Source: Macrostomum lignano
Lineage: Eukaryota
Reading direction: 5' to 3'
DNA length: 64,000 nt
NCBI GenBank assembly: GCA_002269645.1
Contig: NIVC01000896.1
Coordinates: 1-64,000, forward strand
Within the stretch, counting starts at the first letter, position 1, and every line of letters begins with the position of its first letter. Shown here in pieces: positions 24,651 through 35,999 of this stretch. Below the pieces are notes generated by a model. It was not told the origin of the DNA. It saw only the letters and a list, made by a program, of their open reading frames with translations, and did not search any database. The translations under genes were made by a program, and so were the position numbers.

Positions 24651-26279
24651 CCCGCTCAAGTCTCTACGCAAGTCACCAAGTCCCCAAGTCTCTCCGACAC
24701 TCTTCTTTCTTCTCTGCTTTCAACTCTTCTTTCATTTCTACTCCCTTCTCCTCTCTCCTCTATTCTCTTATCGAATCTCTCACCTCTCCTCTCTTCTGTC
24801 ATCTTCTCTTTCCCTATCTCATTCCCTCTCCATTTGCTCTTCCATGTGGTCCGCAGCGGTGAGGTTGCCAGCCTTGATCTAGATAATATTTAAAATATAA
24901 GATACACCAAAACCATCCACATCTATCATTATTTCATTGTATACGCGAAGTGCCAAAGAAAAAATCAAATCTTTTCTATCAAAAAAGTAAAAACTTGTCA
25001 TACATGAATTTTCTGAAATAGAAATATAAAAGAGAAATGTTTAGTGCCTGTTTGCCATTTCAGCAAACGTAATGACGAAGTCTCGAGAGCCACGTTTTAA
25101 TTGGCATTTCGTGCGGTAGGAGGTCTTGAGAGGTTTGTCTAGAAATGCTTTCTTAGATTTTCGATTGTTAGCAGAACACGCAAATGTAAAAGCAGAAAGT
25201 AGAAGGATGCCTCGCAATTGCGAGTTTTAATGATTCCTCACGCTTCAGCACTCACGGTTTCATTCCTGTTTGATTACGATATCCACAAATGAACGACATT
25301 AATGCTGAGTCAATAGTGACACAGTCAACAGAAAGATGCTGTGTGCATATGCTAAGGAAGAGTTTCGTTGATTTTAGATATTTCCTCGTTGTGGTTACAG
25401 TTGAGGATTACGAGTATTCCAGTTTTCGTCTCGGAAATTTATTTGAACATCATAATTACATTTTTCAGTTTCAATAGTACAATATCTGGGCTTTACCATG
25501 CCTTAACGGCAATAAATGATTTAGTTATGCTTAGCTACTCGGAGTAAGATCATAAAACTATTTCATCCAATCTTTATTAAAATATTATCGTAAAAGTGGG
25601 ACGTTCAATAAACACTACTTGCACTAAAAAAGTATATAAGATATGTAGCTCAGTTCTGTATTTTTGTTTTCTGGTTAAAATTTTTTCAAGTTCAATAAAT
25701 GAGTAACTTTTCAGAGCAATTATTGCCAAGTATTTAGTGATTGAGAGATCATAGTGTTCTTTTGTTATACTCGTACTTCCTTAGCTGAAATCATCTAAAG
25801 CGTTCATTTAGACCGCCGTAGCTGATTGTAGATTCTGCTCAAACGCACAAAAACTGGTTTAGAATATTCTAAAAGAAAATATATCACATACCTGGCTAGA
25901 TACTTTGAAAACATTTCATTTTATCAGAACGGTGCTTGGGAATGCATTTTCATGCATATGCTTCAATGGAGGCCGAGGTCACCGCGGGCGGAAGTCGCGC
26001 TGCCTTCAAAAGCAACCAAGAATAAGGACACTCCGTCTAGCATACAGACCCATATTTAAAGTAGGAAATTTTTGCATTAATACTTTTTGCTGTCAATTTG
26101 ACTGTAGAGGTTACTAGTATTGGTTTAGGATATTGGTGATGTAAACATTCAGATTTTCCTTGATTGAAGTGTCCTTTGTGGGCGGCCGTAGATTGCCGTA
26201 GGTGTTAGGGGCGGCTAGCTTTTTAACCCTCAACTTGTGCTCTGCTCGCGGTGTCGCACACCTGCTTAATTTTTGCGAG

Positions 26280-26537
26280 ATGGCTGGCCTTGCTAAACTT
26301 ACAGCCCGAGAATTGAAAGCCCAACTCTCCGCGGCTGGCCAGCCAACTACTGGTAACAAGAGAACTCTGTTAGCGCGTCTGAAAAGTCTGCAAGGTAGAG
26401 ACCCTGAACAAGACGACTCAACCAGCAGACGAAAGGAATCAACTGAAAGCGAGATCGACAGCCAACCACAGCCCCAGCCACCGCCCCCCAACCGCCACCG
26501 CTCGACGAACGAGGCAAGCGCTTTTTGCATCCCCTAA
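26280..26537 (+). other. SAP-domain mini-ORF, probably the 5' remnant of a transposon ORF1
   Basis: LTARELKAQLSAAGQPTTGNKRTLLARL fits the SAP consensus; ORF ends after 85 aa with no downstream exon found. Confidence 0.55.
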
Positions 26538-27381
26538 ATGCGCCCTTGGATCATCACTTGCTAACTCGGCTAAGGCAAGTTGGTGGATTCACAAGTTTTT
26601 AATAGCTTTTTTATTTGAATTTTTAGCGATTTTAACTGAGAAAAATTGCATTTTTGCTCTCTAATTTCAGTCTAAAAATTGCAGTCTCTAATTTCTCAGT
26701 ATATTTTCCTGTCTTCTTCGTCTCTTCCTTTGCATGCAATTTTCTAGCTCTTCTCTTTTCTTACATGTATAAACTCTTGAAATGAGAAAATCCGATCCGC
26801 CAGGCGAACTATCTTATCTTTTGTATCGAAGAAAACGCAACAATATGAAAACGGGAAATTTCCAAACCAAAATAGCTTCTTTAGCTAGCGGCTCCAACCC
26901 TAGAATTCTAGATATTAACCTAGCTATAATATCTATACTTGACATCTATAGTTTTATGGTCCAACATAGCGGGCTCTTTGTCTGAGTTGATTCTTCCTCG
27001 CTGGAAAAAGAACAGCCGGCAGTAAGAGAAGCTTTTTTCTGAGTTTCTTGTTCTCCACCTCTCTGAACCAAGGAAATCTAGATCTAGCAGCTGGAATACC
27101 AACTCTTTAGTGGAGGCGCTCGGACCCCGGACACTGTAGGCTGGCGCGATTCTTTAGGCTGGCGCGATTCGAGGAACACGAGCTCCTTTTTTATTACACC
27201 CAAATAAGTTATTTACGGGATCTTGTCACAAGACTTTAGCTCAATCGGACTTGCCTTGTCTGACTTGCCTCGTCTGACTTGCCTTATCCGTCAGCGATAC
27301 GCAGGGAACCTGTCAGCTGCGAGAAGTTCTTGCTTTTAAGTAGCCGCAAAACCTTCACGGCTGCATGGGGAATTGGTAGCC

Positions 27382-28471
27382 ATGCAGTCTTTCGCTATTC
27401 TGCTCCTCTGCCTCCTACCTGGGGCGCTCGCAAACCTGAACTGGGACCCGGGCATGCGCAAACAGCTGGCGGCCTACTGGAACCCCCAAAGTCCCTACTT
27501 CTTTGAAAGCTGTGCCGCCTCTAGCACTGGAAGGTGTTGCAACAGCCTCAACAGGGGCTTCTACACGCTATCGTACGACGCCGAGTCAAACCGAGACACG
27601 CCGTGCAAGCCGAACACCGGGGCCGTCATCAACGACCCGAAGCCGGTGTTCCGGCCGATCCTCGGCGAGCGGTGCCCCTTCTACTTCTACTGGTCAAACC
27701 AGGGCTTCGCGAGACTGACGCTGAGCATGCGCGACTGGAGCGTGCAAACTCGGTCGTACATCGGCATCCAGGAAAATCAAAACACCGTGTGCTCTGGTCT
27801 GCCGCCCCTGCGAATCGACCCCTTCAAGATTCGCTACCTGGAGCTGGAGCTGCGTGCCAAGGTGTGCTACAGGGGCGACCGCAGGTACGCGCACGGCCAC
27901 GTGTCGCACTACCTCACCTTCTACAACGATCAGGAGCGGTACGAGCACGCAATCCGGCTCAACATCTTCCAGTTCTGGAGTGCCCCGCGTGGTGCCAAGC
28001 CTCCATTCTATTGGAACCTCAAGACATTCGACGAGCAGTCGATCGACCCGCATCCCAACCTACGAGCGAACGTGTGGAACCTGCATGGCAAGCTGTGGGG
28101 CTTCAGCCGCTACGACGCCTGGGAGGACCCGGACCCCGGGTGTAGGTGAGTCGCCAAAGCTCTCACACTCACCCCGTTGGGTTTAAATCGATCGCAGCAA
28201 TCACTGAACGCAACAATTCGCTCAATCGCGGGCGCTTTTCTCTATGCTCCATCTTGTCCATCGTATTTGTAGGTCGCCGATTGAGAACGTGCCGTGGCGC
28301 AAGTTCCACATCAACGTCCAGTCACTGATTCACGGCCTGGCCAGGGACGGCCACGTGCCGCTGTCCTACTTCCGGTCGGCCAAGTGGGTGGGCAGCATCG
28401 TGACCGGCGTGGAGGTGTGGGGCCAGGCCTCAGTAACCGTGGACGCGCGCAACTACCGTCTGATTGGCTGA
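27382..28471 (+). CDS. Secreted protein of unknown family, GH12-like motifs (exons 27382-28145, 28273-28471; 320 aa)
   Basis: Signal peptide MQSFAILLLCLLPGALA; GC3-rich codons; phase-2 intron gtgagt...ttgtag; 764+199 nt = 321 codons; AATAAA at 28516; paralog has the same intron position. Confidence 0.88.
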
Positions 28472-28967
28472 TTGCCGTTGCACCTGAATTGTAGCTGTTT
28501 GGGTTACGTGATATAAATAAACTAGTGAATGAAGACGCTGTCGTCTTCAAAGGTGGGACGATGGTTTATTATGTCCATTATTGTTTATGGTTATGACCTA
28601 TTTATTTAACCCAAATTAAGAACTAATTAAGAAGCTATATTGTGTCTCTATCTTTAATGGCTATTACATTTTACAAATTAAGAACTTAAAAGCTGCTTGG
28701 GCTATGATTATAATTTAATTTAAACAAAGTTTATGCATAGCTGTTTAAATATATTAATAAAACTACTTATAAAACGGATATAAATTGCAGGCATATATTT
28801 ACTGCTAAAAAACATCTTAGTGACCAATATTTCCAAACCCTAAATACCTTACGCCAAATATCCAAACTAAATGGTGCACAATTCAGTCTCGACGAAACTG
28901 TAGTCTCGTGCAGCAGGCTATCCCACCAAGTACCACTAGAGTATTTATAGGACGTAAAACTCAAACG

Positions 28968-29152
28968 TGGGTTGTTGTTGGGAGTGTTGTTGTTGTTGGG
29001 GTTGTTGTTATTGTTGAGTAGGGGTTGTTGTTGAGTAGGGGTTGTTGTTGTTGGGGTTGTTGTTGTTGTTGGGTAGGGGTTGTTGTTAGGGTTGTTGTTG
29101 TTGTTGGGTAGGGGTTGTTGTTAGGGTTGTTGTTGTTGTTGGGTGGGGGTTG
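28968..29152. repeat. (GTT)n / GGGGTT low-complexity tract
   Basis: Direct inspection. Confidence 0.9.
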
Positions 29153-29959
29153 CGTAATGCATTTTCACCTGTTCCGACAGGTAATCAAACAGGTATTAAG
29201 ACCTTTTAACCTAAGAATAATCAGTATTCAAAACTGATTTAGTTGCATAGTGCATCCGTAGTGCTGTTTTTAGACACCAAACTTGAGTCTCTAGGCCTTG
29301 CCAATGCAGAGTAATTAGCAAAAGTATGCTCAAAATTTGCCTAAAAACATCCTAAAAATCCAAAGGCAATTTTCTCAAAAATACGAATTTTCCAGCCATA
29401 TTCGGCTCAGTTATTCGGCTACACAATATTGAAAATGCAGAAATATCGGTGCGCAAAAAATTCTTATTTTTCGACTTCAAAGTTTGTACCCCCAAATGGG
29501 CCGTTTTTCAATTAACAGGTAAAAAGTACATGTTAACAGGGGTTTTTTCCAGAGTGTCTTGCGTCGTCATTCGATGGGCTACAATTTGACACTACACTTG
29601 AAAAAATTCGCCCAATTTAAAAAAAATACCTCAACATTGTCTGATTTTCTGCAGAGCACCCGGCCTCTTTTTTCACTGGTTTCCGGGCCCCTGCTCTGCA
29701 CAGGTAGGTCTAAATGCTTAGAAAATTCAGGAAAACAAATTTCCATATGTTTGACACGTCGTGTTAAAGCCTCAAAATCGTAGCATAAAACACTTTCTTA
29801 ACTTTGGGGACTACTTTTTTTAAAACGTGATGCAATTTTTCAAAAACGACGTTTTAAGGCACTTTACGGCACCTGGGCAATTTTTTTAGTGCCCAATCGC
29901 CAGATCTCGGTTGTTTTCGAATAGAGAACATTCAAGTAGAGTCATTTTGATGTAGAAAA

Positions 29960-30350
29960 AAAAATAAAGTCGGAGCACCTGCTTTAGCGGCTCCGGGGTC
30001 CGCGCCTCAGCACGCGGCACGTGACCTGTCAACCTCGGGCGGCACCCAGCACGAAGCAGCTGGCTGTCAGGGGTGCCAGCCCGGCTCTCGTGCACAGGTC
30101 AGCGCTGCTGGAAGTGAACTCCGAAGACCGCTCGCAGCAGGCTTGGGTGGGCCAGATCCAGCTGCCGTTCCAGGAGGAGACACTGAGCATCCACGTCTTG
30201 GCGTTGTACAAAAGTAACGTCTCAACCACTGCGGCAAAAAAAGCTGCGGCCTTCAGACGGTCTGGCAGCGCACAGTTCTGCAGAACGGTCCGGAGGCGAT
30301 CGGCCTCTGCGCTGCCTCCAGACAGCGAGGGAAAGCGTGCCCATGAACCG
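29960..30350 (-). mobile_element. RTE-clade LINE 3' fragment
   Basis: AAVVETLLLYNAKTWML and LTGHV motifs resemble the post-RT region of RTE ORF2; frameshifted. Confidence 0.55.
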
Positions 30351-30788
30351 ACATTAGAAACATGACCCAGTTAGAAACGGTTGCTAACGGTGCAACAGGT
30401 GAAAGGCTGTGATTAGTACGTTTCAGGCCTTTATGACAAGGTGATACTGGGAAGTGAAAGCAGAGCCACGAATTCGGCTACTCCATCTCCTTTCATTCTC
30501 TGCGCACACATCAGCGAGCTCTCATGGAAATAGCGGAAGGTTGGTCAAAATTCTTCACTCTCAAGGCAACAGAGAACTTGTGGATTGGGAGACTGAAGGA
30601 TAGGGAGCTAAGAGAGCCTAGTCCTCTAAGACTTGCAGCTACCTGAAATGGCAATCAAGGTAAAAGGTCTGGGGTATTGATCTTAAGGTTTGAGGACGCA
30701 GCCGATGTACGATAGTGAGGATCGGTGGCACATGCTTTACACTCGCTCGGCTGGACACCACGTCAAGGACAGAGCTTGATTTATTCCG

Positions 30789-31606
30789 TTAGTGAAGGGG
30801 AGGCAAAGACAAAGACAAAGACAAACCGAGTGTGGCGATGGCGAGGCAGCGAAAAGCCAGAGGATGCAACCTCAGTCGATGGTATTTATTTCATGACTTG
30901 TTAAAACGAATTAAACTGATTAAAAATTATAAATTAGCGAGGAAAAAAAATTCAACCGCGAGCAACCCCGCGCAGCCACAAAGGTGGCGGCCTAAATAGG
31001 CACGCGCACGCACCAACGCACCACCACCCCACCAGACAGCCAGCACCCAACAGCCCCCCCTTGCACTAACAGCGTTAGCCCTCGCGGGCTCGCGCAAACC
31101 GGTGCATTAGTGAAGGGAGGCAAAGACAAAGACAAAGACAAACCGAGTGTGGCGATGGCGAGCAGCCGAAAAGCCAGAGGATGCAACCCCAAGGCTAAAC
31201 AAACAAATGAATGAACGAAGGAGAGAATTTACGAAACGGGTGGAAATAAGGCTAGGGATAAGAACGGAAATAAAACTTTGAACACAAGCAAAAGTTATCA
31301 AAGGCAGCTCTCGCTAAAAGCACCAGCAAAACGCGAACCAGCCCGCACAGAATCAGCAGATTGAAGGTAGGCAGTCACAGCATCACTTCGCCAGTCACCG
31401 ATGCACTTCACCTCTTGAACAGATAGTCCGAGACGGTAGGCCCAGGTGGCACCACCTCTGCGCAGGCTGTGCGCTGAGAAAGAACGAGCGTCCTGCTCAG
31501 CAGTTGCTAGGCAGCGCTTGAGGAACCTGTCGAATCTTGAGGCAGACAGGACAACAGAGGATCCGCTCGCCAACTGGTAGGAGAACACAGGCTGCCTGCT
31601 CCCCAC
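30789..31606 (-). mobile_element. 3' end of an Ngaro/DIRS-type tyrosine-recombinase retrotransposon
   Basis: YR C-terminus FSAHSLRRGGAT...GDWRSDAVTAY (31606-31298), followed by near-identical ~82-bp direct repeats 31107-31188 and 30789-30871 separated by 235 bp. Confidence 0.8.
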
Positions 31607-31654
31607 AATTTTTGTGACAAAAACTCACCGCAATTTTCGTGACAAACCCCCGCA

Positions 31655-32100
31655 ATTTGTCACTCAAAATCAAACTGTCTGTGTCGTATTATAGCAGTTT
31701 GTTTTATCCCCATATCTTACCTTCAAATCATAGAAGAACTTGTACATTAAACGCTTTGATTCATCTAATATAGCCACATCTGTGAAAATTGGCTTGGCTA
31801 ATTTCGTTCTAGTTTTATAAAATAGGATCGCAACCAAGTGATTATTAAATCGGTGCAGCTCCTTAAAAGTAGGTTTCGATATACTAGTTAAAATAACATC
31901 CGACTCGGATGACTTAACAAGCTTCAAGTTTGCTCTTTTTCGTTCGTTCTCTAAACTCTTGCCGTAGACAGAATTATTGGCCAGTTTGAACAGGTCCTTA
32001 TCAAAATTATTAGTAGCTTCTGTTCTAAACTGGTTGTTCTTATCAATATAGGGTTTCATCCACGTTTCTTCTGTGAATGCAAGTGCTCTGTAACCTTACA
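31655..32100 (-). pseudogene. Protein-primed family B DNA polymerase fragment (Polinton/Maverick-like)
   Basis: WMKPYIDKN...NNFDKDLFKLANNSVYGKSLEN...KPIFT..ILDESK..MY.F.Y and a frameshifted DTDSL motif. Confidence 0.85.
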
Positions 32101-32490
32101 ACTTAGGCAAATAAAATACTGCAGCAGTTTATAATCAATTTTTATACCGCGTTTTGTTGTTTAGATTTTGTGTGAGTTTCTTGGTATGTTTTTTTCCTTT
32201 TAGACAGGTACCAAGTTCCATCCGAGCTTTCCATCATTTTGGACAATGAATATTCTCTGGAAAGGGTGGAAAGTCCGAGAAATAGTCGTGCAGTTCTGTT
32301 GGGATCTCTACATCCACCTCATAAATAGCAGGTGTTAAGAAGTTCCAGTTAGTAAAAATTTCGGGGAGTTTTTTTTTGTCAGGAAAAATTTCTGGGAGTT
32401 TTTTTTGTCAGGAAAAGTTGCGGGGAGGGGGTACTTTTTTGTCTCGAAAAATTGCGGGGGGAGTCTGTGCTAGGATTCCCCTCATGCATA

Positions 32491-33193
32491 CTACTCCGGC
32501 CCGATCGCAAGTACGCGCACGGCCAGGTGGTTCACTACCTTAGCTTCTGGAACAATCAGCAGCAGTACGGGCACTCCATCCGGCTCAACATCTTCCAGTT
32601 CTCGAGTGCTCTGCCTGGCGCCAGGCCGCCAGACTACTGGCACCGGAAGACCTTCGACGAGCAGTCCATCGACCCGAACCCCAGAATTCGCTCCAACGTG
32701 TGGAACCTGCATGGCAAGCTGTGTGGCTTCAGCCGCTACGACGCTTAGGAGGACCCGGACCCCGGGTGCAGGTGAATCCTGGCTTTTGACAGATTCCTCC
32801 GTCGTGCAGAAAGTGCGAATGAAGCTGCCTGATGTTGGACGGAATGCACTCGCTATGCTGCATGAACTGAGCATGAAGAGCAACTGTCACAGATTTGGTG
32901 GCCTTTGGGTGCACTTCATCCGCCGGTTACCTTCTGTTTTTCCTGAAGAACCTGACGAACCATCAGCTATACCAGACTCCGTTGCTTGCCTTCGCAGGTC
33001 GCCAGTAGAGCACGCGCCGTGGCGCAAGTTCCGCATCGACGTCCAAGCGCTGATCCAAGCGCCAGGGACGGCCCACGTGCCGCTGTCCTACTTCCGATCC
33101 GCCAAGTGGGTGGGCAGCATCGTGGCGGGGGTGGAGGTCTGGGGCGAGGCCTCTGGGACCGTGGACGCGCACAACTACCGCCTGATTGGCTGA
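32491..33193 (+). pseudogene. 5'-truncated paralog of the 27382 gene (exons ~32491-32771, 32998-33193)
   Basis: DRKYAHGQVVHYLSFWN...KWVGSIVAGVEVWG...NYRLIG*; TGG>TAG stop at 32746-32748; same intron position; N-terminal part (to about residue 165) missing. Confidence 0.88.
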
Positions 33194-33839
33194 TACGCTG
33201 TGCGGCTAGCCAGATGAGATGAATAGGAGTACAATGAGGCCACGAGCTGGTTCCGGTTCAATTTTGAGTTCTTCTGCTTTCCTCATGATCGCGAACCCCT
33301 CCAGAAAAGTCGAGATGATGAAGATAAAAATTGCAGGTGTGTAAGCTGTTGGCAACAACCTTATTGCTGTGGTTTGGGAGACAGCGGGCTGGCAGACCTG
33401 AGACGGCCTCTGCGGGGCGTCGTTCACGCCTACCTGCGTAGAGAGGCCGGCTCCCTTGAGAGCTCTTGAGCTCGGCGTAAGGGCGCATGGCGCCCCTTGA
33501 CCGACTTTCTGTCTCTGGGCTCCTCTCAGGCCTCACACGGCCTCTCTCAGCTCCCAGGGGATGCAAGCCGCATCGGGACACTGCCGGGACGCGAACCAGC
33601 GGAGTACAAGCCGGCCAACGAGAAAAATTCAAGGCCTGACAGCACGCGCACCAACCTTCCGTGATTACACAGTCGAGACAATCGGGCGCCTATGAAAATT
33701 TGATGCTCAAAGTGAGAATGTAGGAAATCAGTTAAACGGTAAATGCGCTACTAAGTGCGACGACCTGGTGATACTAAGGGCAGCTGTACATGTACCAGCA
33801 TAGGTCATGTATATTTCGTAAGCAATTTGTACAGTAAAC

Positions 33840-35999
33840 GCTTCCCACTCTCGCAGAACCAGCACGCTTTCCGCGCGGGCAGGTCTACCGAGAGTGCCCT
33901 CCATGTCATTGTTGACTTCCTAGAGAGGGCCGTTCTTGGCAGCGGCTTTGCTCTCTCGCTTTTTCTGGACATTGAGGGGGCCTTCGACAACGTCATCTTC
34001 GAGGCCTTTTGCAGTGCCCTGGAATCCAGGGCCACGCACCCTCACCTTGTCCGGTGGATCATGTTCATGATCCGGAACCGCACTGTTGTGGCCCACCTGA
34101 ACGGCAGCTCTCTTTCGGCGCCTGTCCAAAAAGGGGGCCCCCAGGGCGGAGTTCTCACCCCCGTTCTCTGGAACATGGTCATGGATGAGCTGCTTTGCAG
34201 TGATCTCCACGACCCCATTCTCAAGGTGGGCTATGCCGATGACGTGACCGCGATCTGCGCGGGCCCCTCGGTTGACACCATCAGAGATCTTCTGCAGGGC
34301 TTTCTGGGACGAGCGGAGCGTTGGGCAAACCAATGTGGTCTTAGACTCTCAGAGTCGAAAACTACAGCGGTCATGTTTACCAGCAAACTGCTCTGGACCA
34401 TTAAGCCCCTCACCCTCTATGGAAAGAACATTTCCATGGAGAAGCAGGTCCGCTGCCTGGGCCTCACTCTGGACCACAGGCTCAACTGGACTCCGCACAT
34501 TCAAACTAAAGCCAAAAAGCCCTGGCTGTCCTGGCTCAGATCAGGCGCGCCGTGGGCACCACCTGGGGGCTCACCCCCAGGAAGCTGTGGTGGATTTACA
34601 CTGCAATCATCCGCCCCTCGATCAGTTACGCCAGCCTCGTGTGGGCTAGCGGTCTGGGCGTCAAGAGTAACCTCGACGCTCTCTACAAAATCCAGGGCAG
34701 AGCCTGCCGCATGACTATGGGCGCTCCACCCTCTACTCCTTTTGAAGGCATGAATGCCTTCCTCTGTGCCCCTCCTTTGGATATATATATCAAAGGAGAG
34801 GCGGCGAAGAGCACCCGGCGTCTTCTGGATGCTGGGGTGGCCTTCAAGAAAGTGCGGGCCTTTAAGAAGCGGTCGCTTATCCCGCACTCTGACCTCTGCC
34901 TCAAGGCTCTAGAAGAATGTGGCGGGCTCAACATCCTCTCGGACTCGATCCCAGCCACCCTTCTCCTGAGCCAAAGGTATAAGGTCACTATTCAGCCTCG
35001 ACATGAGGCGAGTGACAGCTGGAGCGATTCTGAAGTCCACTGTTACACTGACGGCTCTATGAAGCATGGTCTTTCAGGCTTCGGAGCGTGCGTCTTCTTC
35101 AAGGGAGAAGTGGCGTGGAGCTACTCCCAGCACACTGGGCTCAACTCCAGTGTTTTTCAGAGCGAGGTGCTTGCCATCAGCTCCTGCGCGGCAGAACTGC
35201 GCCGAAGGCAGCTTAGCGGTCGGAAGCTTATTTTTCACTCTGACAGCCAAGCAGCCCTTCGGGCCCTCTGCCGCTGCACCACCAGCTCCAGGTCCGTCCT
35301 GGACTGCAACACCCAGCTCAACGGGCTTGCGCTAGGCAACCAGGTAGAGCTCAGATGGATCCCGGGCCACGCCGGTTTCCTCGGCAACGAGCACGCCGAC
35401 CTGCTGGCCAAGGCTGGCTCCGCCGGCGCGCTGCTGGGGCCGGGCCCGGGGGCCCCCATCCCCGCCTCGGTGATCAACTCCCGCGTTAAGCGCTGGGCTG
35501 ACTCCGAGCATCTCCGCAGGTGGCACGACACCCGGAATTGTAGGCAATCCCGTGCGGCCGTCCCCTGCCCCTCCCCTCTCCTGCGTAGAGCCCTCCTCAG
35601 GCTCAACCGCAGAGACCTCAGAGCAGTTAGCATGGCCCTCTCCGGGCATGGCTGCTTCTCTCGCCACCGCTTCCTTCAGGGCCAGCATTTTATCTGCCAC
35701 TGCCCGGTTTTCACCAGGGCCAGGCTCACTCACCTCGGGCCAAACCCGGTTCTCTCCGACGTTTGCAGGCCCGAGAGCATCCCGCTGCTCGTCCGGTACC
35801 TCAGGGACACGGGACGAGCCGATTTCTTCCCCACTGTCGGTGAGGAGGATCGCGCTGCAGGCGAGACCGACGGGTCCCCCTGAGCGACTTCACTTCAACG
35901 GAAGTCATTGGTCGCCAGGGGCTAGCGGAATGGGCGGTCTCCTCCGCCTCCCCGCTGCATCCGCCGGACGCCCCCTGCAGCTAAGTCAAGTAAGTCAAG
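33840..35999 (+). mobile_element. 5'-truncated non-LTR retrotransposon with RT + RNase H (I/LOA-like group)
   Basis: QHAFRAGRST, FLDIEGAFD, PQGGVL, YADD, YTDGS, WIPGH motifs; 1-nt frameshift at ~34520; taagtcaag tandem tail. Confidence 0.92.

Noticed and set aside
27382-28471. Bacterial contamination explaining the GC-rich gene
   Set aside because: It has a GT-AG intron conserved in a paralog, a polyA signal and eukaryotic transposon flanks
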